The position numbers and the translations under genes are program-made. This document shows positions 1-9,697 of a DNA stretch of 64,000 bases, in pieces (the stretch's first letter is position 1; each line of letters begins with the position of its first letter). This DNA is from Alphaproteobacteria bacterium (GTDB lineage Bacteria > Pseudomonadota > Alphaproteobacteria > JAJFIK01), in the NCBI GenBank assembly GCA_028280665.1, contig JANQLJ010000133.1, positions 9,901-73,900 of the forward strand. Reading direction: 5' to 3'. The notes under the pieces were generated by a model. That model ran no database searches, had not been told where the DNA came from, and saw only the letters and a list, made by a program, of their open reading frames with translations.

Positions 1-842
1 CAAAGCCGCGGCGAGAAAAGATAAAGCGCGCCACCCTCAAGCTGCAATCGGGTGAGCGGTCCTTTGATGATCTGTGGCGCAAGCTTGTAACGCGGCGAGG
101 GCAGGATCGCGCTCACATCCGCAGCAATGCTGCGCGCCATGGTTTCCTCGCGCTCAACAAGACGAACGTTCACGGGACCGGGCCGCCGCCCGAACTTTCG
201 CAGCGCTTGGCCCAGCGCTTGGGATGGCCGGATGGACACAAAGACCGCGTCTTTCATTCTGTGGGGCCAGCGGCGGCGAATATCGTTGTAATGGAAGTAA
301 GTCGCGATAAAGGGACCCACGGCAGGCTCATCGGCCCATTCCAGCGACCAGCCGCGCGTTTTGACCCCCCACCTTCTCGCAATCTCTCCGGCAAGCTGGC
401 GCGCCTGATGCTCGCTGCATTCAAGCACGAAAACGCCGCGCTGGGCCGCGCGCGGCGGGCTGGTTGCCGTGATCAAATCGGCAAACTCGGCGCGGCTGAG
501 CCCATGTTCGAGCGCCGCGCGGGACGCCGCCCACTCAACGAACGCGCCAACGCCATCGTGCGAGACGGTGTGCGGGACCGGCGCCCGCGCCATCACCACG
601 GTGCCCCGGCCACGCTGCATCTGAACCATGCCATCGGACGCCAGCTCCGCGTAAGCCCGCCTCACCGTATGCAGATTGATGCGCCACAGGCGGCTGCCCT
701 CATGAACCGTGGGCAGGCGCGTGCCGATTTCAATATCTCCCGTGGCAATGCGGTAGCGCAGGGCATCGGCGATCTGACGATAGACCGGCACGGCCGACGC
801 ACGGTCGATCTCGATATGTGGTGAAGGTAAGGCTCGAACCAT
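1..842 (-). CDS. GntR-family transcriptional regulator (N-terminal wHTH; C-terminal effector domain type unclear); 3' end lies beyond window start
   Basis: Minus-strand frame is open from ATG (reverse complement of ~840-842) to position 1 with no stop; I hand-translated it in 60-nt blocks. N-terminus MVRALPSPHIEIDRASAVPVYRQIADALRYRIATGDIEIGTRLPTVHEGSRLWRINLHTVRRAYAELASDGMVQMQRGRGTVV is a classic GntR HTH. It is absent from the ORF track because it runs off the edge. Confidence 0.6.
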   Translation of the reverse strand, partial: MVRALPSPHIEIDRASAVPVYRQIADALRYRIATGDIEIGTRLPTVHEGSRLWRINLHTVRRAYAELASDGMVQMQRGRGTVVMARAPVPHTVSHDGVGAFVEWAASRAALEHGLSRAEFADLITATSPPRAAQRGVFVLECSEHQARQLAGEIARRWGVKTRGWSLEWADEPAVGPFIATYFHYNDIRRRWPHRMKDAVFVSIRPSQALGQALRKFGRRPGPVNVRLVEREETMARSIAADVSAILPSPRYKLAPQIIKGPLTRLQLEGGALYLFSPRL

Positions 843-964
843 CGTACCCTTAGCCTGCGCTTAACGGCGCGCCCGTTCAAGGCGGCAAGGACTTCAAGAT
901 TGGCGTGGCTTCCCATCTCGGCTATCACTTCAAGGGAAATCTGCAATCGAAAGGCGTGGGCCGC

Positions 965-1736
965 TATGCGCATTCTTGTGGTCGAGGGCAATACCGAAGA
1001 GGGCATGGGCAAAACCATCGCCGATGGTTGGCGGCCCAATCACGAGCGTTACGCAAACGTGCTGCAGGGTCTCAGCGAAGGTGTCCAATGCGAATTCGCC
1101 TTCCCCAGTGAGCGAGGCCGCGAAGCGCTTCCCGAAGGTTTCGCATTGGGTGACTTTTCCGGCACGGTGTGGACCGGCTCGCCGCTTCATGTTTACAAGG
1201 AGACCGCGGCGGTGAAAGGCCAGCTCACCTTCGCCGAGCGGCTTTATGCCTCGGGCGTGCCGGTATTCGGCAGTTGTTGGGGCCTGCAGGTCATGACCCG
1301 CGCACTGGGCGGACGTGTACGGAAGAACCCCAAGGGCCGCGAGATCGGCATCGCCACCGATCTGGAATTCGGCGATGCGGGCCGCGCGCACCCCATGTTC
1401 GGGGGCAAAGGAACGCCCTTTGCCTGTTTCACGGTTCATCTCGATGAGGTTGAAGAGCCCGCGCCCGGCACAACGGTCCTTGCGCACAATTCCATGAGCG
1501 CGGTGCAAGCGGTAAGCATCGAGACCGGCGGCCGGTTCTGGGGCGTTCAGTACCACCCGGAGTTTAGTTACGATGACCTGACGCGCATCATCGACGACCT
1601 GAAGAAACAGCTCATCCAGGAAGGAACGTGCGGGGATGCCGCCGCCGTTGCCGCCTTGCGCGCCCAAGTGGCGAACGGGCCCCGGGCCTTCGACCGGATC
1701 GAGCTTCGGAACTGGCTTGCAACGCTTGGCGGCTAG
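965..1736 (+). CDS. class I glutamine amidotransferase-like protein
   Basis: ORF 900..1736; probable start MRILVVEG at 965. Has the GATase1 nucleophile elbow GSCWGLQ and the C-terminal QYHPE histidine/glutamate region. Confidence 0.65.
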
Positions 1737-1787
1737 GCGCGGCCGGGCAAATCACTTCATACTCAGCAGAAACACGCCAAGGATACC

Positions 1788-2669
1788 ATGGAAGCATTCC
1801 TGCATGACTTAAGCTGGGCGGTTGCCATGCGTCACGACGCGCTCACGCCCGTCTTCCTTGGGCTGACCTGGCTCGGCTACACGACGTTTTTCCTGATCGC
1901 GCTTCCCGTCGGGTATTGGGCCTGGAACAAGGACAAGATCACGCGTGTCGCGCTGATCGTTCTCGTCTCCGCGCTACTCAACGCTTTTCTAAAGGACCTT
2001 TGGCAGAACCCGCGTCCCGATCCCGCCTTTTGGATCGACCCCCATATGGACGCATCGTTCGGACTCCCCAGCGGGCACACCCAAGTGGGCATCGTCATGT
2101 GGTTCTGGCTTGCCCACGAGATCGGAAAAAGATGGGCATGGATTGTCGCGGCTGTTCTCGCCGGCGGGATTGCGTTTTCGCGCCTCTATCTCGGCGTTCA
2201 CGATGTGGAAGACATTCTTGGCGGCGCGGTTATCGGCATTGCCACCTTGGCCCTTTATCGCTGGAGCTTTACGGAGCATTTCAACTGGTGGCGCGCGCTT
2301 TCTTTCCCGGCGCGGTTGGCGGTTATGATCGCCGCGCTTGCTCTCACGGCATTCGTCTGGCCCGGCGGCGCGGGCACCAGCATGGGTGCGGGCGGGTTTC
2401 TTGTGGCCTGGTATGCGGGGGCGGTATTCGATCAGTACAGGATCCGGTTTGCGCCGGGCCCCGGCTGGTGGCGGCGGGTGGTGACATCAGTCTTAGGGAT
2501 CGTTGGCGTGCTTTTTCTGTTCGAGATGCTCTCAGGACTTCAGGCCTCCATCGCGCCGGAAAGCGCTCTGCTCGCAACAGTCAACGGGCTCATCGTCGGC
2601 GGCGCCGTCGTGGTCCTTTTCCCGGTGGTTTTTCAGGGCTTTCTGCTCGCCCGCCGCCTGCCGCGCTAA
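1788..2669 (+). CDS. PAP2-superfamily membrane phosphatase
   Basis: Multi-TM protein with PAP2 motifs KDLWQNPRP, PSGHT and SRLYLGVHDVEDILGG. Confidence 0.7.
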   Translation: MEAFLHDLSWAVAMRHDALTPVFLGLTWLGYTTFFLIALPVGYWAWNKDKITRVALIVLVSALLNAFLKDLWQNPRPDPAFWIDPHMDASFGLPSGHTQVGIVMWFWLAHEIGKRWAWIVAAVLAGGIAFSRLYLGVHDVEDILGGAVIGIATLALYRWSFTEHFNWWRALSFPARLAVMIAALALTAFVWPGGAGTSMGAGGFLVAWYAGAVFDQYRIRFAPGPGWWRRVVTSVLGIVGVLFLFEMLSGLQASIAPESALLATVNGLIVGGAVVVLFPVVFQGFLLARRLPR

Positions 2670-2881
2670 CGGACCGCCACCGCGGGGTCGTCCAGCGCCC
2701 GGCGCACAAGGGGATCAAGCCCCTTTGCCTTTGCCGCGATGGCAAGAAGCTGCTTGCGCATGCGCGGGTCCCAGAACATGGCAAGATGGTTCGCCACACC
2801 CTTGACAGCTTCGTCCTCCGGATAGGGCGCGAAGAACGCGGCGATCTGATTGGCCTTCTGGACCAGGTCGTCGTCTTTCAT
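2666..2881 (-). CDS. fdsD: formate dehydrogenase delta subunit FdsD
   Basis: 71-aa product MKDDDLVQKANQIAAFFAPYPEDEAVKGVANHLAMFWDPRMRKQLL. Sits immediately downstream of fdsA on the same strand. The ORF-track N-terminal extension to 2944 would overlap fdsA by 47 nt, so the internal Met was chosen. Confidence 0.65.
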   Translation of the reverse strand: MKDDDLVQKANQIAAFFAPYPEDEAVKGVANHLAMFWDPRMRKQLLAIAAKAKGLDPLVRRALDDPAVAVR

Positions 2882-2897
2882 GGGTGGCTGTTTCGCA

Positions 2898-5732
2898 TTA
2901 TTCCCCGGCAAGGGGAAGCGGCACGTCCCTTTGCTCGTCTTCATGCGCGTCCTGCCAGTCCGACCGCCTGTTGGTGAGTGCCACCTGGACGGCGGTCACT
3001 TTATATTCCGGGCAGTTGGTGGCCCAGTCGGAAAGCTCGGTGGTCACGACATTTGTGCCGGTCTGCGGAAAGTGGAACGTTGTATAGACAACACCCTGGG
3101 GCACCCGGTCCGTGATCTTCGCATGAAGCGAAATGTCGCCCTTGCGGCTTGCAAGCAAGACAAGTGCGCCATCTGCAATGCCGCGCACCTCCGCATCATG
3201 GGGGTGAATTTCCAGCACATCTTCATCGAGCCACACTTCGTTCTGGGTGCGCCGCGTCTGGGTGCCCACATTGTATTGCGTCAAGATACGGCCCGTGGTG
3301 AGCAGCAGCGGGAACTTTCTGTTGGTACGCTCGTCCGTGGGCACATATTGGGTGAGCATGAACTGGCCCTTGCCGCGCACGAACCGGTCCACATGCATAA
3401 TGGGCGTGCCGTGGGGCGCCGCATCGTTGCAGGGCCATTGCACGGAACCTTCGCGGTCGAGCTTTTCAAAACTCACGCCGGCGAAGGTGGGTGTCAACCG
3501 CGCGATCTCATCCATGATCTCCGCCGCACTTTCGTAAACCATATCGTACCCGAGCCCTTGGGCGATACGCGCCACCGTTTCCCATTCCGAAAGTCCCGCC
3601 ACCGGTTTCATCACCGGGCGCACCCGGTTGATGCGGCGTTCGGCATTGATGAAGGTACCGTCCTTTTCAAGGAACGACGCGCCGGGCAGAAACACGTGGG
3701 CGTATTTGGCGGTCTCGTTGAGGAAAAGATCCTGCACCACAACGCAGTCCATGGCGCGCAAGGCCGCTTCCACGTTCTGAATATCAGGGTCCGATTGGGC
3801 AAAGTCTTCGCCCTGAATGAAGAACCCCTTGAAGGAACCATCGAGCGCCGCAGCGAACATATTGGGGATTCTGAGCCCCGGCTCGGCGAGGAGATCGACG
3901 CCCCAATCGGCTTCGAAACTTGCGCGCACCCCGTCATCGGAAACGTGGCGGTAGCCGGGCAGCTCGTGCGGAAAACTTCCCATGTCGCAGGAGCCTTGCA
4001 CGTTGTTTTGCCCGCGCAAGGGGTTCACCCCCACCCCGTCGCGGCCCAGATTGCCCGTGGCCATGGCAAGGTTGGCAAGGCCCATCACCATGGTGGAGCC
4101 TTGGCTGTGCTCTGTGACGCCAAGCCCGTAATAGATGGCCGCATTGCCCGCGCCCGCGTAAAGCCGCGCGGCGGCGCGAATCTCACTCGCCGGAACGCCG
4201 CTCGCCTTTTCAAGCTCCTCAGGCGCGTTCATGGGCTGGGAGATAAACGCCTTCCAGCGCTCGAACGATTCGCCTTCGCAGCGGCTGGCGACAAAAGCCT
4301 CGTCCACCAGCCCCTCGGTCACCACCACATGGGCAAGGGCGTTGATCACCGCCACATTGGTGCCCGGGCGCAATTGCAGGTGATGCGCCGCGCGCACATG
4401 AGGCGTCTCTACAAGGTCGATGCGGCGCGGATCGACGACAATCAACTCCGCCCCTTCGCGCAGGCGCTTTTTCATCCGCGAGGCGAACACCGGATGCGCA
4501 TCGGTGGGGTTCGCGCCGATCACCATGACCGCATCGGCATATTCGACGGAACGGAAATCCTGGGTTCCCGCAGAAGTGCCGAAGGTCTGCTTAAGGCCGT
4601 AGCCCGTAGGCGAATGGCACACCCGCGCGCAAGTATCCACATTGTTATTGCCGAAGGCGGCGCGCACCATCTTCTGGATCACCCAGACTTCTTCATTGGT
4701 GCAGCGCGACGACGTGACCGCGCCCAAGGCGCCTGTGCCGTGCCTGGCGCGGATGTCCTTGAACCACTTGACCGTAAAGTCGATGGCTTCGTCCCAGGAG
4801 ACCTCGCGCCAGTCATCTGTAATCCGTTCACGGATCAACGGTGAGGTCACCCGATCCTTGTGCGTTGCATACCCCCAGGCAAAGCGGCCCTTGACGCAGG
4901 AATGGCCCGCATTCGCGCCGCCTTCCTTGGAAGGCACCATGCGCACCACTTCATCGCCCTGAAGCTCCGCGCGGAACGAGCACCCCACCCCGCAATAGGC
5001 ACAGGTAGTTTCCACAACGCGGGTGGGCTGGCCCATTTCGACAATGGATTTTTCCATCAAGGTGGCCGTGGGGCAGGCTTGCACGCACGCGCCGCAGGAC
5101 ACACATTCCGACGACATGAAGTCTTCGTCCATGCCCGCCGTGACTTTGCTTTCAAACCCCCGCGCGCCGATGGTAAGCGCGAAGGTGCCCTGCACCTCGG
5201 CGCAGGCGCGCACGCAGCGCGAACAGACAATACACTTGGTAGGGTCGTACTGGAAGTAGGGATTGCTCGCATCAACTTCCGTACCCGGATGATAAGTGCC
5301 TTCGTAGCCGTAACGCACCTCGCGCAAGCCCACCTCGCCCGCCGCGTCCTGCAGCTCGCAGTCGCCATTGGCGGAACAGGTAAGGCAGTCGAGCGGGTGA
5401 TCGGAGATGTAAAGTTCCATCACCCCGCGGCGAAGGCGGCGCAGCTTTTCGGTTTGAGTCTCGACAATCATGCCCTCGCGCACGGGCGTCGTGCATGAGG
5501 AGGGCGTTCCCTTTTGCCCTTCGATCTCCACCAGGCAAAGCCGGCAGGACCCGAAAGGCTCAAGCTTGTCGGTGGAGCACAATTTGGGAATGGCGATGCC
5601 CGCTTCTTCGGCGGCGCGCATGACGGAGGTGCCCACGGGCACGCGCACTTCGTGGCCATCCACCTGCAGCGTCACGGACGTGTCGCCGGTGCGCGCGGGC
5701 GTTCCGAAATCTTTCTCGCGTGTCACAGTCAT
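2898..5732 (-). CDS. fdsA: NAD-dependent formate dehydrogenase alpha subunit (molybdopterin, N-terminal 2Fe-2S/4Fe-4S domains)
   Basis: Start MTVTREKDFGTPARTGDTSVTLQVDGHEVRVPVGTSVMRAAEEAGIAIPKLCSTDKLEPFGSCRLCLVEIEG. Multiple Cys clusters followed by a long molybdopterin oxidoreductase body. ATGA overlap with fdsB at 5729-5732. The 71-codon N-terminal extension in the track is Arg-rich and was rejected. Confidence 0.9.
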   Translation of the reverse strand: MTVTREKDFGTPARTGDTSVTLQVDGHEVRVPVGTSVMRAAEEAGIAIPKLCSTDKLEPFGSCRLCLVEIEGQKGTPSSCTTPVREGMIVETQTEKLRRLRRGVMELYISDHPLDCLTCSANGDCELQDAAGEVGLREVRYGYEGTYHPGTEVDASNPYFQYDPTKCIVCSRCVRACAEVQGTFALTIGARGFESKVTAGMDEDFMSSECVSCGACVQACPTATLMEKSIVEMGQPTRVVETTCAYCGVGCSFRAELQGDEVVRMVPSKEGGANAGHSCVKGRFAWGYATHKDRVTSPLIRERITDDWREVSWDEAIDFTVKWFKDIRARHGTGALGAVTSSRCTNEEVWVIQKMVRAAFGNNNVDTCARVCHSPTGYGLKQTFGTSAGTQDFRSVEYADAVMVIGANPTDAHPVFASRMKKRLREGAELIVVDPRRIDLVETPHVRAAHHLQLRPGTNVAVINALAHVVVTEGLVDEAFVASRCEGESFERWKAFISQPMNAPEELEKASGVPASEIRAAARLYAGAGNAAIYYGLGVTEHSQGSTMVMGLANLAMATGNLGRDGVGVNPLRGQNNVQGSCDMGSFPHELPGYRHVSDDGVRASFEADWGVDLLAEPGLRIPNMFAAALDGSFKGFFIQGEDFAQSDPDIQNVEAALRAMDCVVVQDLFLNETAKYAHVFLPGASFLEKDGTFINAERRINRVRPVMKPVAGLSEWETVARIAQGLGYDMVYESAAEIMDEIARLTPTFAGVSFEKLDREGSVQWPCNDAAPHGTPIMHVDRFVRGKGQFMLTQYVPTDERTNRKFPLLLTTGRILTQYNVGTQTRRTQNEVWLDEDVLEIHPHDAEVRGIADGALVLLASRKGDISLHAKITDRVPQGVVYTTFHFPQTGTNVVTTELSDWATNCPEYKVTAVQVALTNRRSDWQDAHEDEQRDVPLPLAGE

Positions 5733-7246
5733 GCCCGGCCTCCCGCTTGAAAGTCCTCCGGGAACTGATTGATAGCGGACAGCACCGGTTGCGGCGTGAG
5801 ATCCCCCATGGCGCAGAGCGAGCCGCCCTCCATAACTTCGCAAAGGTCGCGCACAAGAGCAAGGTTTGCTTCGACGTCTTGGCCTTCGCGAATGCGGCCA
5901 ATCACCTCGGCGCCGCGGGTCGAGCCGATGCGGCAGGGCGTGCACTTGCCGCAGCTTTCCGCCGCGCAGAACTCCATGGCGAACTGGGCCTGGCGCGCCA
6001 TGTCCACTGTGTCGTCAAAAACGACCACGCCGCCATGGCCCAGCATGGCGTCGATCCCGGCCATCGCTTCATAGTCCATGGGCGTTGCCAATTGATCCGT
6101 ACCAAGATAAGAGCCAAGCGGTCCGCCCACCTGCACCGCGCGCACAGGGCGGCCCGAAAGTGTGCCGCCGCCGAACTCCTCAATCAGCTCCAATAACGTA
6201 AGCCCAAACGCCTTTTCGACAAGCCCGCCTTGTTTCACGTTACCGCCAAGCTGAAAGGGTTGCGTGCCGCGCGACTTGCCCATGCCGAAATCCTGATAGG
6301 CCTTGGCGCCGTTCGCCACGATCCAGGGCACCGCGGCAAGGGTTAGCACGTTGTTCACCACGGTTGGCTCTCCGTGGAGTCCTTCAAGGGCGGGGATCGG
6401 CGGTTTGGCCCGCACCTGCCCGCGTTTGCCCTCAAGGCTTTCGAGCATGGACGTTTCTTCGCCGCAGATATAGGCGCCCGCACCGCGGCGAATTTCTATT
6501 GTGAAGTTGGGAGATGCTTTTGCGTCTTGCCAAATGCGCACCGCTTCGTTCATGGCGGCAATAGCGTGAGGGTACTCGGAGCGGATATAGACAAGCCCCT
6601 CGCTTGCACCCACCGCGTGAGCGGCAATTGCCATGCCTTCAAGGAGCGCGAAGGGATCGCCCTCCATTAGCATACGGTCGGCGAAGGTGCCGCTGTCGCC
6701 TTCGTCCGCGTTGCAGCAGATGTATTTCTTATCACCAGAGGCCTCAAGCACGGTCTTCCATTTGATCCCGGCAGGAAAGCCCGCACCGCCGCGGCCGCGC
6801 AAGCCGGATTCGGTGACGGCCTGGACAACTTCTTCCGGTTTCAGTTTTTGCGCCGCGCGCAGGCCCGCTAGGCCACCTGATTGTCCGTATGCTGAGAGAT
6901 CAAACGGATCGATGACGCCGCAGCGCGCAAACGTAAGACGTTCCTGCTTCGCAAAGAACGGAAGCTTTTCCACCTCGCCAAGGGCGAGATCGTGCGCACC
7001 ACCTTCAAGGACCCCTGCATCGAGAAGCGCGGGCACATCGCTCGCGTGCACCGGGCCGTAGCCGACCCGCTTGCCGCCAACTTCCACTTCCACGAGCGGC
7101 TCCAGGAAAAACGCGCCGCGCGAGCCGGTGCGCACAAGTTCCACATCGAGCTTGCGCTGGGCGATGCAGTTCGCAAACGTTGCGGCCACTTCGTCCGCCC
7201 CCACTGAAAGGGCGGCGGCATCGCGGGGGATGAAGACGCGCACCAT
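5729..7246 (-). CDS. fdsB: formate dehydrogenase beta subunit (NuoF-like, FMN/NAD binding, 4Fe-4S)
   Basis: NuoF-like glycine-rich NADH/FMN motifs GLRGRGGAGFPAGIKW; C-terminal CxxCxxC cluster ESCGKCTPCR. Confidence 0.9.
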   Translation of the reverse strand: MVRVFIPRDAAALSVGADEVAATFANCIAQRKLDVELVRTGSRGAFFLEPLVEVEVGGKRVGYGPVHASDVPALLDAGVLEGGAHDLALGEVEKLPFFAKQERLTFARCGVIDPFDLSAYGQSGGLAGLRAAQKLKPEEVVQAVTESGLRGRGGAGFPAGIKWKTVLEASGDKKYICCNADEGDSGTFADRMLMEGDPFALLEGMAIAAHAVGASEGLVYIRSEYPHAIAAMNEAVRIWQDAKASPNFTIEIRRGAGAYICGEETSMLESLEGKRGQVRAKPPIPALEGLHGEPTVVNNVLTLAAVPWIVANGAKAYQDFGMGKSRGTQPFQLGGNVKQGGLVEKAFGLTLLELIEEFGGGTLSGRPVRAVQVGGPLGSYLGTDQLATPMDYEAMAGIDAMLGHGGVVVFDDTVDMARQAQFAMEFCAAESCGKCTPCRIGSTRGAEVIGRIREGQDVEANLALVRDLCEVMEGGSLCAMGDLTPQPVLSAINQFPEDFQAGGRA

Positions 7247-7249
7247 GGC

Positions 7250-7705
7250 CTAGCCCTCCGCCTTGGCGTGGCGCACGGCCGAGGCGAGCTTTTCCTCATT
7301 CGCCCGGCCGATCAGCCGCCCGTCCACCATCGCCGCGGGCCCGAGCGCACAATTACCCAGGCAATAGACCGTCTCGTGCGCAATGCCGTTTGCATCACAG
7401 CGCGCGGCCAGCGCGTCGGCGCCGACCGATTGGCAGGCCTCGGCCCGGCACAGCTTGACCATGCCGGCGGCCACCGGTTCGGTCCGGAAGTCATCATAAA
7501 AAGAAAGCGTGCCAAAAACATCGGCGCGGGAGATGTTGAGCGCCGCGGCAATACCCACAATGGCGTCGCGGGTTATGTGACCGCCCGTTTCCTGCACATC
7601 ATGCAGAATCTCGATAAGCGCGTCGGACCGGTTGCCGTAACGCGCGCAGATCGCTGCAATGTTCGCTTCAACGTCCACCGAAATCTCTGCCGGCTTCGCC
7701 GTCAT
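7250..7705 (-). CDS. fdsG: formate dehydrogenase gamma subunit (NuoE-like 2Fe-2S thioredoxin-like ferredoxin)
   Basis: 151 aa with a NuoE-like Cys pattern (CRAEAC ... CLGNCALGPA). First gene of the fds operon, 3 nt upstream of fdsB. Confidence 0.85.
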   Translation of the reverse strand: MTAKPAEISVDVEANIAAICARYGNRSDALIEILHDVQETGGHITRDAIVGIAAALNISRADVFGTLSFYDDFRTEPVAAGMVKLCRAEACQSVGADALAARCDANGIAHETVYCLGNCALGPAAMVDGRLIGRANEEKLASAVRHAKAEG

Positions 7706-7792
7706 TCACGCCGCTCCCTTGGCCCAAGCATACGCTCTTCACGGCCCATCTCAAAGGTGAAAGCCGTGCGCACCCGGTGTAGAGTAGGCCCC

Positions 7793-8596
7793 ATGAAGGC
7801 CGTTCTTAGTCACAATATGATTAAGGTTTCCCGCGAAGGCACTGACGAGGCCCAAAGGCCCCTTGCCGCCGAGGTGCCCGTCTCGCTCACCTTTAACGGG
7901 GTTGCCCATGTGGTGATGATGGCGAGCCCGCGCGATCTTGAAGATTTTGTTCTCGGCTTTGCGCTCGCCGAACAGATCATTCAATCACCCGATCAGTTGC
8001 TGGGCGTGACGGTGCGCCCGGTCGAAGGCGGCGTTCTGGTGCAAGCGGAGATTCCAAAAGACCAGCATCAACACTTGCTCGAAGGCCGGCGTAATATGGT
8101 GGGGCAAACCGGATGCGGCATTTGCGGCGTCGTCGAGCTTGAACACGCGGTGCGGCAGCTTCCCAAGGTGACGGCAAAGCCGAAAGCGGATTGCGACGCC
8201 CTTTTCCGTGCGCTCGGCGGGATCAGGCCCCTGCAAGAGCTCAACCGGGAAACCGGCGCAGTTCACGCTGCCGCGCTGGCGAACGATGAGGGCGAGATCA
8301 TCGCGCTGCGCGAAGACGTGGGCCGCCACAATGCGCTCGACAAACTGGCGGGCCATATTCACCGGGCGGGTCTCGCGCGCGACGAAGGCTTCGTGCTGCT
8401 CACTAGCCGCTGCAGTCACGAGCTCGTGCAAAAAGCCATTATCCTGGGAACACCCCTTTTGGCCGCCGTCTCCGCCCCCACCACCCTGGCGGTGGAGTTC
8501 GCGGCGCGCGCGGATCTCACGCTGGTGGCGCTTGCCCGTTCCGATTCAATGCTGTGCTTTAACGACCCTCACGGGCTGTTCACGGATCAGTTGTAA
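7793..8596 (+). CDS. fdhD: formate dehydrogenase accessory sulfurtransferase FdhD
   Basis: MKAVLSHNMIKVSREG...GRHNALDKLAGH...; conserved FdhD Cys-containing loop GCGICGV. The ORF-track start at 7268 is an antisense extension over fdsG; true ATG at 7793. Confidence 0.85.
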   Translation: MKAVLSHNMIKVSREGTDEAQRPLAAEVPVSLTFNGVAHVVMMASPRDLEDFVLGFALAEQIIQSPDQLLGVTVRPVEGGVLVQAEIPKDQHQHLLEGRRNMVGQTGCGICGVVELEHAVRQLPKVTAKPKADCDALFRALGGIRPLQELNRETGAVHAAALANDEGEIIALREDVGRHNALDKLAGHIHRAGLARDEGFVLLTSRCSHELVQKAIILGTPLLAAVSAPTTLAVEFAARADLTLVALARSDSMLCFNDPHGLFTDQL

Positions 8597-9678
8597 AGGC
8601 TGAGGTCGAAGCCCGCGCGGGGCGAGGCCTTGCCGCTTAAGACTTCGAGAAAGACCGCTTGCACGCCGTCCCGCCCCCGCGCGGGGCTTATATCCAGCCA
8701 GGCGCTGGCCGAATCCACGAAATCTTTCCAGGCATCCGCCACGCGGGATTGAAAGCCCATGGCGCCCCATTCGCCCACGCGCTTTTTCGCGTGGTCCGGC
8801 GCAAAGAAGAGCTGCGGCGCCGGGCCCGGCAGATCGTCGGGGCTCGCCATCTTGTCATAGTGAGTGAGCCCCACCGCGCAATCGTAAGCAAGATTGTCCG
8901 CATAGTGACGATGCACACTGGAACGGATGTCCCCATCGCCAGACATATCCACGTAAACCGCGCGGGCCCCCGCATCCAGCTGGCCGATCCCGTCATAGGT
9001 CACGACGTCCGTGTAGAACCCAAGGTCTCTCACAAAGGCTTCGTTGCCCCCGGAGGTAAGCCCGATGATATTGAGCCCCTCGCGGCGCGCGAGCAAGAAT
9101 GCAAGCGCGATGGCCGTCTTGCTCGACGCGGATGCGATGAGGAGGTTCTTCGCGCCAAAGAAGTCTTCCTCGGCAAAAAAATCATCCAGCAGGAATGACG
9201 TCATAAAGAGCGGTTGAAGCAGCATGTGCTCGGCTTCTTTGTCCGCGCGGTAGCCCGCGTCCGCGCTCAGCCGTACATAGCGGTTATAGGCGGCAGGCAG
9301 CGCTGCGCGGGTTGGCGTGACTTCCACAAAGCCGCCGTCGTCCACCGAACCCACGCGCGCCAGATAGTGGGTCGACATGGGCCAGTAGCCGTAAAAGCGC
9401 TCGCCCGGCGCAATGCCGGGGGTGTTCGACTGGATCACCTCGCCAAAGCCCCAGACCGGCACCCGCCCCCAGCCTTCCTCGGTGGGGAAGAAGTTCCAGT
9501 AGGACATCATCTCGCCCATCACCGCATAGGTGATGTTGTTGGCGGAAAAGCCGAAGCGGTCCACCTTGAACAGCACTTCGCCCTCGCCGGGCGCGGGCAA
9601 TGGCGTTTCAGTGAACTTTCCTTCTCCCAATGCATCGCGGCGCACAAGGAAATCGGTGGAGGTGGTTTCGGTCATCAA
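8587..9678 (-). CDS. hypothetical protein (resembles the DUF2855 family by recollection)
   Basis: 363-aa soluble protein with no recognisable catalytic motif. Family assignment is from memory, not a search. Confidence 0.45.
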   Translation of the reverse strand: MMTETTSTDFLVRRDALGEGKFTETPLPAPGEGEVLFKVDRFGFSANNITYAVMGEMMSYWNFFPTEEGWGRVPVWGFGEVIQSNTPGIAPGERFYGYWPMSTHYLARVGSVDDGGFVEVTPTRAALPAAYNRYVRLSADAGYRADKEAEHMLLQPLFMTSFLLDDFFAEEDFFGAKNLLIASASSKTAIALAFLLARREGLNIIGLTSGGNEAFVRDLGFYTDVVTYDGIGQLDAGARAVYVDMSGDGDIRSSVHRHYADNLAYDCAVGLTHYDKMASPDDLPGPAPQLFFAPDHAKKRVGEWGAMGFQSRVADAWKDFVDSASAWLDISPARGRDGVQAVFLEVLSGKASPRAGFDLSLYN

Positions 9679-9697
9679 ATGCTCCGTGGGCTGTAAA

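Noticed and set aside
662-1039. 125-aa minus-strand ORF and 205-aa plus-strand ORF (207..824) from the track
   Set aside because: Both are alternative frames over the GntR regulator and amidotransferase genes. The GntR frame (different minus frame) has the HTH motif.
2666-2944. Longer (92-aa) version of fdsD
   Set aside because: Would overlap fdsA by 47 nt. FdsD homologues are ~70 aa and begin at MKDDD.
2850-4844. 664-aa plus-strand ORF
   Set aside because: Antisense to fdsA. Arg/His/Gly-rich composition typical of shadow ORFs in high-GC DNA. The fdsA frame carries all the recognisable motifs.
7268-7792. 175-codon N-terminal extension of fdhD
   Set aside because: Antisense to fdsG. FdhD homology begins at 7793.
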